From NCBI GenBank assembly GCA_963807355.1, contig CAWEBX010000023.1, forward strand, positions 16,719-80,718: a stretch of 64,000 bases of DNA, written 5' to 3'. This DNA is from an uncultured archaeon. Its GTDB lineage: Bacteria > Pseudomonadota > Alphaproteobacteria > Rhizobiales > Xanthobacteraceae. Below are positions 9,255 to 19,841 of the stretch, one piece after another; positions within the stretch are counted from its first letter, which is position 1, and every line of letters starts with the position of its first letter. The notes beneath the pieces were generated by a model, which ran no database searches, was not told the DNA's origin, and worked only from the letters and a program-made list of their open reading frames with translations. The position numbers and the translations under genes were made by a program.

Positions 9255-9990
9255 ATGAAGAAGGCGTCCAGACATGGATCATCTCGTAGAAGAGAACGAC
9301 ATGCGCTTGGCTTGGCGGCCGCAGGACTGACCATTTCTTCTTCGGCCGTGCGATCCGCCGATTTCTTCGCCCCCACCCCCGGCATTGCCTCCAGGCGCGC
9401 CCATACACGTCGTGTGCCGCAGTCCCGATAAACTCGATCTGTTTGCCACTGACGCTAGTGGCGTCGTGCGTAGCGCTGCTTGGGAACCAGCGTTCGCAGA
9501 CGGCTGGCACGGTTGGTGGGAGATCGCTGGCGGACGTGCTACGCCAGGGGCCGCAGTCACGGCAGTCTCCCGCAGTCGCGATAAGCTCGACATTTTCGTT
9601 GTCGGCACCGATGGTCGCGTATGGACGGCGGCGTGGGATCCTACGGTCTCGCCGAACTGGCGAGGATGCTGGGTAATTGGGAACGTTCACTTTCCCGCTG
9701 GCGCGACCATTCACGCGGTGTCTCGCAGTCAAGACAAGATTGACATCTTTGGTACAGATGTTGGCGGCATTGTTCGAAGCGCGGCGTGGGAGCCGTCCTT
9801 TGCCGACGGCTGGCATGGCTGGTGGGAAATTGCAGGGGGACGTGCAAACCCCGGAACACCGATTTCGGCCGTCTCACGAGGACAGGACAAGCTAGATATC
9901 TTCGTAGTGGGAATTGATGGCCGCACCTGGAGTGCCGCCTGGGAGCCAGCTTCGACTGGTGGATGGCACGGATGGTGGACAGTTAGATGA
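9255..9990 (+). CDS. secreted Trp-rich beta-propeller lectin-like protein, 4 repeats (frameshift near 9385)
   Basis: four ~50-aa repeats (SR..DKLDIF....DG.V..AAW.P....W.GWW.I.G) resembling fucose-lectin/PLL-type blades; SRRR plus hydrophobic Tat-like leader in another frame. Confidence 0.8.
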
Positions 9991-10090
9991 GCGACACGCA
10001 TTAGAGTTGTTCGGTTGTTCCATTTCGACCCGTGAACCAGACCACCGCCTAGATCGTGCCCCAAGCCTTCAACGCTATCCGGAATTTGGT

Positions 10091-10312
10091 GTTTCAATCC
10101 ACGCCCCGCGAACAGAGCGAACCGGATTCGGCGACGCCGATCTCGTCCATCTGTTCGAGAGTTTCGGGCTCGATGTTCGAGCAGAAACTTGATGTCCTGG
10201 TTCGGCTGCAGCGCGTTCAGCTCGTCGCCCCTGCGCGGGGTCGTGGATTGAAACACTTTGTTGGCGATGTCCGTGTCCTTACGATCTGGTCGCCCCCCCT
10301 TCGCGGGGGCGT
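10091..10312. CRISPR. type I-C-like mini-array remnant
   Basis: reverse repeat 10091-10122 GTTTCAATCCACGCCCCGCGAACAGAGCGAAC; forward repeat 10224-10254 GTCGCCCCTGCGCGGGGTCGTGGATTGAAAC, 34-nt spacer, truncated repeat 10289-10312; next to cas3. Confidence 0.85.
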
Positions 10313-10474
10313 CGGGTGCTGCCAATAAGCGTTGACCCGCCGCATGGATGAGATGCGGCAAGGGTGAAGTTGGGTGGTGGCGACAAGAGATCAGATCACC
10401 CGTCAAGCAAAACCACTCATCCCTCGCCGTGACGCCGAGTTGTCCGACGACATTTGCGCGGGCCTGCCAGCGGG

Positions 10475-11215
10475 TGTCGTGCGCTTGAGGCTGCGATGCA
10501 GCCTTGCCGGATCGGGCGCGAGTTCGCGTTCGGCATCAATCTCGAATTCTCCTAGAAAGTGCGTTCAGACTGTGTCGCCGTGCACAACACGATACTGCAT
10601 CCGTAATTGCGCGCCAGTTCGCCAAGCGCAGCGACGCAAGGTCTCAGGACGTGGAGCGGAATTGTCTGCGCTTCATCCAAAATGATAACGGCATTGGCGA
10701 GGTTGTGTAGCTTGCGGCAACGCGAACTTCGGTTAGCGGAAAGGCTTTCGAACAGCTGCACGTTGGTGGTAACGATTACCGGTGCTTGCCAGTTCTCCAT
10801 CGCGAGCCGCAGCTTGGCGTCCGGGCCTCGATCCCGGAAGCCCTTCTCCTTTCCGGCCGTAGCCGGTTCTATCGACGAATGATGTTCTGAAAATTTGCAT
10901 CCTCGCCCAAGATGTTAGCGTAGCGCTATTAATTCGGCCATCCCTTTGTCTCCGTTTACACCAAGTTGTAACACCTGCTGCGCACCGGCGGTCGAATGAT
11001 CGACCCCATTCGGGCCATGCCCGGGAGGCTTCCGAGTATTTTCCGAGATCATGTAGCCAACCGGCCAGGGCAGCCGCCTTCGCCGCGCCGAACTTGATGT
11101 CGAACATTTTGGCTCCAAGCGCGGTCTGCAAGAGGTGACCTCGCAGGGACTGCCAGTCGGAACCGTTCGAAGTTGCCGTTGAATGCGCGTAATGCAGGGT
11201 TTCCCCCGAAGCCAA
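10475..11215 (-). pseudogene. cas3: CRISPR-associated helicase/nuclease Cas3 (type I-C-like), internally deleted and truncated
   Basis: HYAHS, HL, LHDLGK, VDHSTAGA (HD part) joined to [52 protein letters not shown]; only about 740 bp remains. Confidence 0.93.
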
Positions 11216-12235
11216 CGTTATGTTGCAACTTTGCTGTTCTGATTGTTTAATATCACACAGTCGGATTTATATGTCTGCGGCATCAATTTAGAGCATTGGC
11301 GGTGTGCTAAATCCCATTGTCATCCCGCCATACCGACACGAACGCCGAGGCGTCGGAGGCGATCGATTCAGGCCGTCGACTGCCAATCGGCCTTTGCAAT
11401 TGCATGGAAGCGGGCCCTAAGAGGCTAAAGCCAAGATCACAGCTTGGATCCCACGCGGCGATCGACTGCCGACTGGCCATATCCAGCGAAATGTCCCGAG
11501 TAGGCGCCCTGGGAAAGCTCACCGAGCCGAAGGCGGTGCGGTGGTGGAGCAGATCGAATTCCGCGTCGAGCTTGGCGCGCTCGGTGCTCAATTGGGCAGG
11601 TTGATCGATCCGGACAAATTCCGAGATTGGTTCGTCAAGGGCGAGGCCCAACGTGTCTCGAAAACCGACGGTACCCATTCGACCTTGTTAGAGCAGCCGA
11701 AGCTTTCATCAAAACTCGTCGGGAGCGCCCTGCACGCCTCGCATTCGGAATAGGTTGATTCAAACTACCGCACGTGCGGTGAAATCAATTGCTGACCCTA
11801 ACGCTGGGGCGTTATCATGCTCCTCAGATCTGCGCACTTCGTTAGGAAGTTTGATGGAGTGCTTGACCGGTAGCGGGTTCGCCTATCCTAGTAGACCTGC
11901 GTCATTGGAACGAGCCAACGAACGAAGGTTATTCAGAATGCCGGTCTGGCGGCTGGCCTGACACTCTTCAGTCAATGGGCAGCGCCAGCTCCGCGGAGAG
12001 AAGCTACGACCTATGGACCCAGCCAATCGTAGGCTTTGCAGAATTAGCCGGCGACTAAAGGAGTTCTGCCTGCCTTCAAGATCTATGGCTCATCTGAGCC
12101 GCCGAGAGCCATGCAGTAAGGCAACGCAACGTACTTTCGGTGCTTCCAACCTGATCAGAACCGCAGCCTCAGCAGTCAGTCTGCTCGCTTCGTCCGACAC
12201 GCTCATCAGACTGGCGCATCTCCGGCACACAGGCC

Positions 12236-13420
12236 GTGCGCATTAGTGCACCTGCCGCCTACCTCCTTCTTTATGCCACCTTGTACGCCGCTTTCGGCGT
12301 AGCGTCGCCGTTCTGGCCAAGATTTTTCGAAACGAGAGCCGTAAGCTCGCAACAGATCGGCATTGTGCTCGCTCTCGGGATGCTAACGCGTCTACTCGCC
12401 GGACCGATGATTGGGATGTTTGCAGATCGAGCAAGCTCGCTGCGCCTTTCTCTTGCAATTTGTATCGCATTAGCAGCTGCATCTGCCGCCGCTTTACTGT
12501 GGGCGCACTCTTTCGTGTGGCTGCTCTTTGTAACCATGATCCAGGCCGCTTCTCTTGCGCCGACGACTTCCCTCGCCGACGCGTTGTCGGTCAACGCAGC
12601 AAGACCGCGGTTAGCAGGTAAGGAATTTGAGTACGGCTGGATACGGGGCTCGGCGTCGTTATCCTTCATATTTGGCACACTGACGATCGGCCAGCTGGTA
12701 AGTCGAACCGATGTTACGCCAATCATCTGGATGAACTTGTCGCTTCTCCTGGTAGCGGCCGCCTCAACCGCATTGTTACCGCCGGTCGTTGCTCGCTCTT
12801 CGCCGTGCAACGGCCAGATTTCTTTGATTGGCGAGCTTAGGGAGCTCTTTCAGATCTCCCGCTTTCGTATGATGATCCTAGTTACATCCTGCATCTATGG
12901 CAGCCATGCCATGCACGACGCATTCGCCGTGATTTGGTGGAGCGCAGCCGGAATCGAGCCTTCGGCCGTAAGCATCCTCTGGTCAGAAGCCGTAGCAGCG
13001 GAAGTTGTGGTGTTCTTTCTGATCGGTCCCTTTCTACTCCACCGGATCGGGCCGCGAGGGACGGCCATTCTGGCGGCCGCGGCGGGCGTTGTGCGGTGGT
13101 CCGTTGCCACCTTGACGACCTCCGTTTTGGCACTTTCAATTATCCAGCCGTTGCATGGGTTTACCTTTGCCATGCTTCATCTCGCCTCGATGCGCATGAT
13201 GCAGGCGCTCGTACCAACCCGTCTGGCAGCAACCGGTCAATCGACCTACGCGTTTGGCTCGGGTTGCTTGACAGCCTTGCTGACCATGTTGTCAGGTATT
13301 CTCTACGCCAAGTTTGGAGGAGTGGCATTCCTTCCTATGGCTTTTTTATGTGCCGTCGCACTCCCTCTCGCGTGGCTTGGTTTTGCTGACAAACGGAAAC
13401 GTTCGGTCGATAGCCTTTGA
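12236..13420 (+). CDS. MFS transporter, HcaT/3-phenylpropionate-permease-like
   Basis: 394 aa, about 12 hydrophobic segments, YGWIRGSAS, AEVVVF and QPLHGFTFA motifs. Confidence 0.85.
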   Translation: MRISAPAAYLLLYATLYAAFGVASPFWPRFFETRAVSSQQIGIVLALGMLTRLLAGPMIGMFADRASSLRLSLAICIALAAASAAALLWAHSFVWLLFVTMIQAASLAPTTSLADALSVNAARPRLAGKEFEYGWIRGSASLSFIFGTLTIGQLVSRTDVTPIIWMNLSLLLVAAASTALLPPVVARSSPCNGQISLIGELRELFQISRFRMMILVTSCIYGSHAMHDAFAVIWWSAAGIEPSAVSILWSEAVAAEVVVFFLIGPFLLHRIGPRGTAILAAAAGVVRWSVATLTTSVLALSIIQPLHGFTFAMLHLASMRMMQALVPTRLAATGQSTYAFGSGCLTALLTMLSGILYAKFGGVAFLPMAFLCAVALPLAWLGFADKRKRSVDSL

Positions 13421-13617
13421 TCACTCCTGCGGGCGCACACACCAGAGCGCGAGATGCATAGACAGATGACAGGCCATTGCACCTGCCGATTTAATCCTTT
13501 CACGGACCGCCAACACCAAGCCATTTGCCCGAGCTTCTGGCGCGGCCGTAGGGACGCAGAGGCAAATAACCTCTACATAAGTAACAGCGCAGCGGGCGCA
13601 CGCCGGAAAGCTCTTTT

Positions 13618-13821
13618 ATGGTCATCGGCTCTCCCCCGCTAGCCTCCGAGCGAATTATTCGCAACCTGATCGCCGCGAGCGACAAACGTTACATCCGCCG
13701 TGACAAGGCTGGCCGCATCAGGGAAAGCGACGACGTGAGCCGCTCCCATTTCCATGACCGCCTCAGGATCGCAAAAGCAGCGGCGAAGCCTGGACACGGT
13801 AATCCGGCGATCGCAAAGTAG
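13618..13821 (+). CDS. small basic conserved hypothetical protein
   Basis: DKRYIRRDKAGRIRESDDVSRS...AKPGHG, a small protein type I recognise from repair loci; start uncertain. Confidence 0.5.
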   Translation: MVIGSPPLASERIIRNLIAASDKRYIRRDKAGRIRESDDVSRSHFHDRLRIAKAAAKPGHGNPAIAK

Positions 13822-13851
13822 CCGCAAAGACCTCGACCCGGAAACCATCGC

Positions 13852-14442
13852 ATGCCACGCGATAGCCAAACGCTTGATCTTTTCGAAGACGACTCTCTTC
13901 CTCAGGGTTTCAAGTACCAATCTGATTTTCTCAACCGAGAGGAGGAGCAATTCCTTCTGCAGCGTATCAAGACCCTGCCTTTCCGCGAGTTTCAATTTCA
14001 CGGCTTTACCGGAAAGCGCCGGGTCGTGTCCTTCGGCTGGCGCTATGATTTTAACGGCGGCGGGTTGACCAAAACTGAAGATATTCCGGAATTCCTCTCC
14101 GGCTTTCGCGCGCGGGCGGAAAGATTTGCTGGTATCGGGGCCGGAGACCTTCAGCAGGTTCTCATCACCGAATACTCCCCTGGGGCTGCCATAGGGTGGC
14201 ATAAAGATCGCCGGGTATTCGGCGATGTCGTTGGCATCTCGCTTCTTTCGCCTTGCACCTTCCGGCTGCGGCTGAAAGCAGTCGGTCGCTGGCATCGGCG
14301 TAATCTCATTGCAGAGCCTCGCTCGATTTATCTTTTGCGCGGTCCCTCGCGTGCCGAATGGGAGCACAGCATTCCCGCAGTGGAAAGTCTTCGGTATTCC
14401 ATCACGTTTCGCAACGTTCTCGAAGCGGCTGGGTGTCCATGA
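13852..14442 (+). CDS. AlkB-like 2OG-Fe(II) dioxygenase
   Basis: EYSPGAAIGWHKD (HxD), WEHSI (distal H), RYSITFR. Confidence 0.9.
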   Translation: MPRDSQTLDLFEDDSLPQGFKYQSDFLNREEEQFLLQRIKTLPFREFQFHGFTGKRRVVSFGWRYDFNGGGLTKTEDIPEFLSGFRARAERFAGIGAGDLQQVLITEYSPGAAIGWHKDRRVFGDVVGISLLSPCTFRLRLKAVGRWHRRNLIAEPRSIYLLRGPSRAEWEHSIPAVESLRYSITFRNVLEAAGCP

Positions 14443-15393
14443 GCCAGGACATCGACCTTACCAAAGCGTCTTCAGCCGATGCTTGCCACTTTGACCGATG
14501 GCCCGTTCGATGATCCCGGGTGGGTTTTCGAGGACAAGTATGACGGATTTCGCATGGTCGCTAAAATCGAGAACGGAAAGCGTCAGCCCTGTATAGCCGC
14601 AACGGCAAAGTCATCAGCCACAGCTACATTGAGAGTCGCCAAGGCGCTTGAAGGCGTAAAAGGCGACGCCGTGATAGACGGCGAACTTGTCGCACTGGAC
14701 AAGGAAGGAGTTTCACATTTCCAGCTGCTGCAGAATGCGCTTCGTCGCCAGGCAAAGCTCCTCTACTGCGCTTTCGACATTATGTTTCTGAATGGCCAAG
14801 ATTTACGTGGGCTTACGCTACTAGAACGCAAGAAGCGCCTCAAGGAAATCCTGCCGCGCCAGAAGCTCATAGCTTTCAGTCGTCACCGCAAGACATCCGG
14901 CACGAAATTCTTTGAGGAAGCGGAGCGGAAGGGCCTCGAAGGCATCATGGCCAAGCGTGCCGAAAGCACCTACATCTCGGGCGGTCGAACCACTGACTGG
15001 CTCAAGATTAAAACTGCGAAACGCCAGGAAGTTGTCATTGCAGGCTTCACGGCACCCAGGCGGACGCGGCCTTTCTTTGGAGCGCTGGTCCTCGCATTGC
15101 ACGAAAATGACGGCTGGCGGTATATCGGCCATGTCGGCACCGGGTTCAGTCACAAGACCCTTGAGGAACTCTACGGCAAACTCATGAAACTAAAATCCGC
15201 TAAGTCTCCCTTCCCAGCAAAAGTCAAAGATGAGGCCGCAACCACATGGGTCGAACCGTCGCTGGTGGCCGAGGTGAAGTTCACCGAGTGGACACGCTCT
15301 GGCGAGATGCGGCATCCCGTATATCTGGGGCTGCGCGCCGACAAGCGAGCTAAAGATGTTGTTCTTGAGCGCGAAAAAGCGCGCAAGAAATAA
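14439..15393 (+). CDS. ligD: LigD-type ATP-dependent DNA ligase, ligase domain only (local frameshifts)
   Basis: PMLATL, FEDKYDGFR (KxDG), IDGELV, AFDIM, EGIMAK, DWLKIK, VGTGF, MRHPVYLGLRADK. Confidence 0.9.
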
Positions 15394-15882
15394 TCATGCG
15401 CCTTTTGTCTGGAGAGCCTTCACCAATCGGTCGATGAAAACCACCTGACCCTTTAGAACCTTGACCCTCGCGTCGGCAAGGCCGAACCATGCCGCTCGGT
15501 CAAGCTCGGGGAACGTCTGACGCTTTCCTGATCGCGGCGGCCATTCCATTTCAAAGGTGTTGCTTTGGAGATCGTTTGCATCCCAGTCACCCTGCATAGC
15601 CCATACGTGAACTATTTTGCCGCCCGGCTGCTTCGCATTGCCGAGCGCAATTGCGTCGCCGTCCGGACGGTGCCCGGTCTCCTCGGCAAACTCCCGCCGC
15701 GCGGCTGAAAGCGGGTTCTCATCGGTCCCGATCAATCCCTTCGGAATGCTCCACGCACCCTCGTCCTTACGCTTCCAGAAAGGACCTCCCGGGTGGCCAA
15801 GCAGGACTTGAATAGCACCGTCACTTCGGCGGTACAGCAGGAGGCCGGCGCTCTGTAATTTAGATGAGGAGTTGGCTTGCAC
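15394..15882 (-). CDS. NUDIX hydrolase
   Basis: [32 protein letters not shown] (Nudix box), [17 protein letters not shown]. Confidence 0.9.
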   Translation of the reverse strand: MQANSSSKLQSAGLLLYRRSDGAIQVLLGHPGGPFWKRKDEGAWSIPKGLIGTDENPLSAARREFAEETGHRPDGDAIALGNAKQPGGKIVHVWAMQGDWDANDLQSNTFEMEWPPRSGKRQTFPELDRAAWFGLADARVKVLKGQVVFIDRLVKALQTKGA

Positions 15883-15884
15883 TG

Positions 15885-16530
15885 ATCGCCTTGTCCTCTT
15901 TATCGCTGCCGCGCCACCAATTTGCAATGCGTCGTCTGGCAGCGGACGTTGCAGCGCCTTGGCTTCGTCCCAAGTAGCGCGCATCCAAGCATCATACTCC
16001 TCGTTCGTGGTCAGAATGACCGGCATGGCTTTGGGATGGATGGATCCAACGACAGCGTTCGGTTCTGTCGTCAAATCCGTACATGAGGTGGGGTCCCGGG
16101 ACAGGCTTCAATTTTGGGCCGCCATCCCAATTTCGTCCGTATCCCTGCGAACGCGAATAATGGACGGTCCACATACAATGCAAACCACACAACATCCTTT
16201 TTACCCGTCTCAGGATTTGGCTCAGGCGCGTATTCCGGAAAAACTAGAGACAGGCACAAGGCAGCGATTGTCTGGTTTTAGCCAGCCGCGCCGGTGCAAT
16301 GATAAGGTGTTGCAGTTCGTAATTGGCGGTCCGCCAAATTTTTGGGGCGGCGGCATACCCCACCTCATTGTGATGAGTTCTCGTTGACTACCCAGGTTGC
16401 GAACGACGGGAGCTTCCTGGTCGGGAAATACGCCCGGCATGCTGCGAAGGTCGCCGGACACGTCACTTGTCGCCGTAAATAGTCTGCGAATGGCGTCTTG
16501 ATTTGTGGCGATGCTGTAAAGGTTACACAT
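15885..16530 (-). CDS. SRAP (SOS response-associated peptidase / abasic-site protection) protein, multiply frameshifted
   Basis: MCNLYS start (Cys2), [38 protein letters not shown] across three ORF pieces. Confidence 0.88.
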
Positions 16531-16578
16531 GGCTTATAGCACTCGTCTCTTTGCAATCAGGTGAACGCAGGCCGGACA

Positions 16579-19500
16579 CTACCGAAAATTCCGCGATTTC
16601 ACGGTGAGTGTATCGATATGAAGGTTTGGTATGAATATGTCCCGCGCGGCAGGCTTGAGCGCGTTCGCATCGCGGGTCTCGAAGCCGGCCCCGCCTCCAT
16701 GTACCGCCTCATCACCTTTTTCCGCAGGGACAACAAAGGTCTCGTCGCTTCCGCCTACACAGCGAAGCAGGTCCGACTGATCTGTTAAATGCTCGGCAAC
16801 AACATGAATGACGCCGTTCGCGGCCTGCACTTTGCCCCGGCACGCGAGCATCTGCGCGCCCAAGATCACCCTCCGCTGCCTGTCGAACAAGGAAGGCCAG
16901 ATGATAAGGTTTGCGATGTCAGTTTCGTCTTCCAGCGTAATGAACATGACGCCCTTGGCCGAGCCGGGCCGCTGCCGCACCATCACAAGGCCCGATACGG
17001 TCCATGCGCGACCCGTCTTTCGCCGTCCGCAGCGCCCCACAAGGGCTGATGTGCTGAGCGGCAAGCTTGTCACGCAAGAAAGCAAGCGGGTGGGGCCGCA
17101 GCGACAAGCCATGTGAGCGGTAATCCTCGACGACCTCGCGCCCGCGTGTCATGGCGGGCAGCGAGACTTCTTCCTCGACCTGTTCCGGCACGATTTCCTT
17201 TGCTCGTTGCTCCGTAGCTTCGAAAAGGGGCAGCGCTTTGTCACGCAGACCTTTGATTGCCCATAAAGCCTGCCTGCGTGAAAGTCCCAATGAGGCAAAG
17301 GCGTCTGTCTTTGCCAACCGTATGAGCGCCCCCGTGCCGAGCCCGGCGCGCTGCGCAATCTCGGGAATGCTCTGATAAGGCCGAACGCGACGCGCTGCGA
17401 CAAGAGAATGGCCATCTTGTTCCGAGAGACCCCGTGTCAGGCGCAGGCCAAGCCTGACAGCCTGGTACTTTCCGCTGCTTGGCTCCAGCGAACAATCCCA
17501 CGCGGATCTGTTGGCATCGATGGGCCTTATTTCGACGCCGTGGTTTCGGGCATCACGGACAAGCTGGGACGGCTCGATAGAATCCCATCGGCTGCGCGTT
17601 GAGGATTGCAGCGCAGAACACATCCGGATGGTGACATTTCATCCAACTTGAGGCATAGGCGATGAGCGCAAAGCTGGCCGCGTGACTTTCAGGAAACCCG
17701 TAAGAGCCGAAGCCTTCGAGCTGGCGGAATGTCTTGTTTGCAAAATCGATATCGTAGCCGTTGTCGATCATGCCCAGGATGAGCTTGTCCTTGAACTTAT
17801 TAACGCCGCCGGTGAACTTGAATGTCGCCATTGCGCGGCGCAGTTGATCGGCTTCATTGGCCGAAAAGCCAGCCGCAACCATCGCAACCTGCATTGCCTG
17901 TTCCTGAAAGAGCGGAACGCCGAGCGTCTTGCCAAGAACCTTCTCCAGTTCAGGTTTCGGGAATTCGACCCGCTCCTTACCTTCCCTGCGTCGCAGATAA
18001 GGATGGACCATATCGCCCTGGATAGGTCCCGGCCTGACAATGGCGACTTCGATCACGAGATCGTAGAAACGCTCCGGAGCCATGCGCGGCAGCATCGACA
18101 TCTGCGCGCGGCTTTCGATTTGAAAAACACCGACCGTATCGGCCTTGCGGATCATCTCATATGTTGCGGGGTCTTCGGGCGGGATGGTTGCAAGGTTGCG
18201 ATCAATGCCCTTCGACGAGCGCAGGAGATCGAACGCTCTCCGCATGCAGCCGAGCATACCGAGCCCCAGCACATCGACTTTCATGAACTTCAGGGCTTCG
18301 ATGTCGTCCTTGTCCCACTCGATAACCTGGCGGTTTTCCATCGCGGCGGGCTCAATAGGAACCAGCTCATCAAGCCTGTCCAGCGTCAGCACAAACCCGC
18401 CCGGATGCTGTGACAGATGGCGCGGCGTACCCATCAGCTGGCGCGCAAGGTCCAGTGCCAGCCGCAGGCGGCGGTCCGAAAGATTGAGATTGAGATCCTT
18501 AAGCTCCGTCTCAGAGACGCCGTCCTCGCTCCAACCCCAGGTTATACGGGCAAGCGCGCCTGTAACATCTTCAGGAATACCGAGCACCTTGCCAACCTCA
18601 CGAATTGCGCCGCGCGCGCGATAGCGGGTCACGGTGGAGGTCAAAGCAGACCTCGTCCTGCCGTAGGTCTCGTAAATCCACTGGATGACTTCTTCGCGCC
18701 GCTCATGCTCAAAGTCCACGTCGATGTCGGGCGGCTCGCGCCGCTCCTCGGACACGAACCGTTCGAAAAGCAGGCCTTGGCGCACCGGATCGATGGAAGT
18801 GACGCCCAGAACAAAGCACACGGCGGAATTCGCCGCCGATCCTCGCCCCTGGCACAGGATGCCTTTGGAACGTGCGAACCGGACAATAGAGTTAACGGTC
18901 AGGAAATACGGCGCGTAGTGCAGCCGTTCGATCAGCCCGAGTTCATGTCGCAGCTGCATCACGACCTTATCGGGGATGCCGTCCGGATAACGCTGCGCAG
19001 CTCCGTCCCAAGTCAGTTTCTCAAGCCGGTCCTGGGCGGCCAGGCCATCCTGAAGCACTTCAGTGGGATAGCTGTAGGTCAGCTCTTCTAAAGAGAATTT
19101 GCAGCGCTCCGCGATCTCAAGCGTTCGGGCAACAGCCTCAGGATAGCGCCTGAACAGGCGCTCCATCTCGGCAGGCTCTTTCAAAAACCTGTCCGCGTGC
19201 TTCTCCTTGAGAAAGCCAGCCTTGTCTATTGTTGTCTTCAGTCTTATGCAGGTGACCACATCCTGAAGCATCCGCATGCCAGGCTCATGATAAAGCACGT
19301 CTCCCGTCGCAGCTGTTGGCACACGCGCCTGCCAGGCCATCGTTGCGATATCATGCAAATGCGCAGCGTCGTCTGGGCGAAAGCGGCGCGTCAGCGCGCA
19401 ATAGGCGCGGTCCTCGAATATTGTTTTCATTCGCTGTAGATATTCCGGCAGCCGCTCTGACGGCTTGTCCGTAACGAGGACCGCAACCAGTCCCTCACTC

Positions 19501-19841
19501 CATGCCGCGACATCGTCGATGAAGAGTGAGCATTTGCCTTTGCCCGCACGGGCCTTACCGACCGTCAGCAGGCGGCATAGCCGTCCGTAGGCTGCGCGGT
19601 CCGTTGGATAGACCAGCACAGAGGGAAAATCCTCAAGATCAAGCCTGCAGCCGACGATCAGGCGCACGCCGGTAACACGCGACGCTTCATAGGCGCGAAC
19701 GATCCCGGAAAGAGAGTTGCGGTCAACCACCGCCATCGCTTCGATGCCAAGATTAGCTGCCGTCGAAAACAGTTCCTCCGCGCTTGATGCACCGCGCAGG
19801 AACGAAAAATGGCTTGTGACCTGTAGCTCGGCGTAGCTCAT
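16579..19841 (-). CDS. dnaE2: error-prone DNA polymerase DnaE2 (frameshifts near 17.58 and 17.0 kb)
   Basis: [68 protein letters not shown]-terminal SRNFR. Confidence 0.96.

Noticed and set aside
10022-10045. Additional CRISPR repeat ATTTCGACCCGTGAACCAGACCAC
   Set aside because: Too degenerate and the spacing to the next repeat is irregular.
11243-11960. WYL regulator or other cas remnant upstream of cas3
   Set aside because: No recognisable motif in the frames I read.
15394-16074. Novel SRAP-NUDIX fusion (226-aa ORF)
   Set aside because: SRAP is broken by several frameshifts and NUDIX has its own GTG at 15882; the join is best explained by one more indel.
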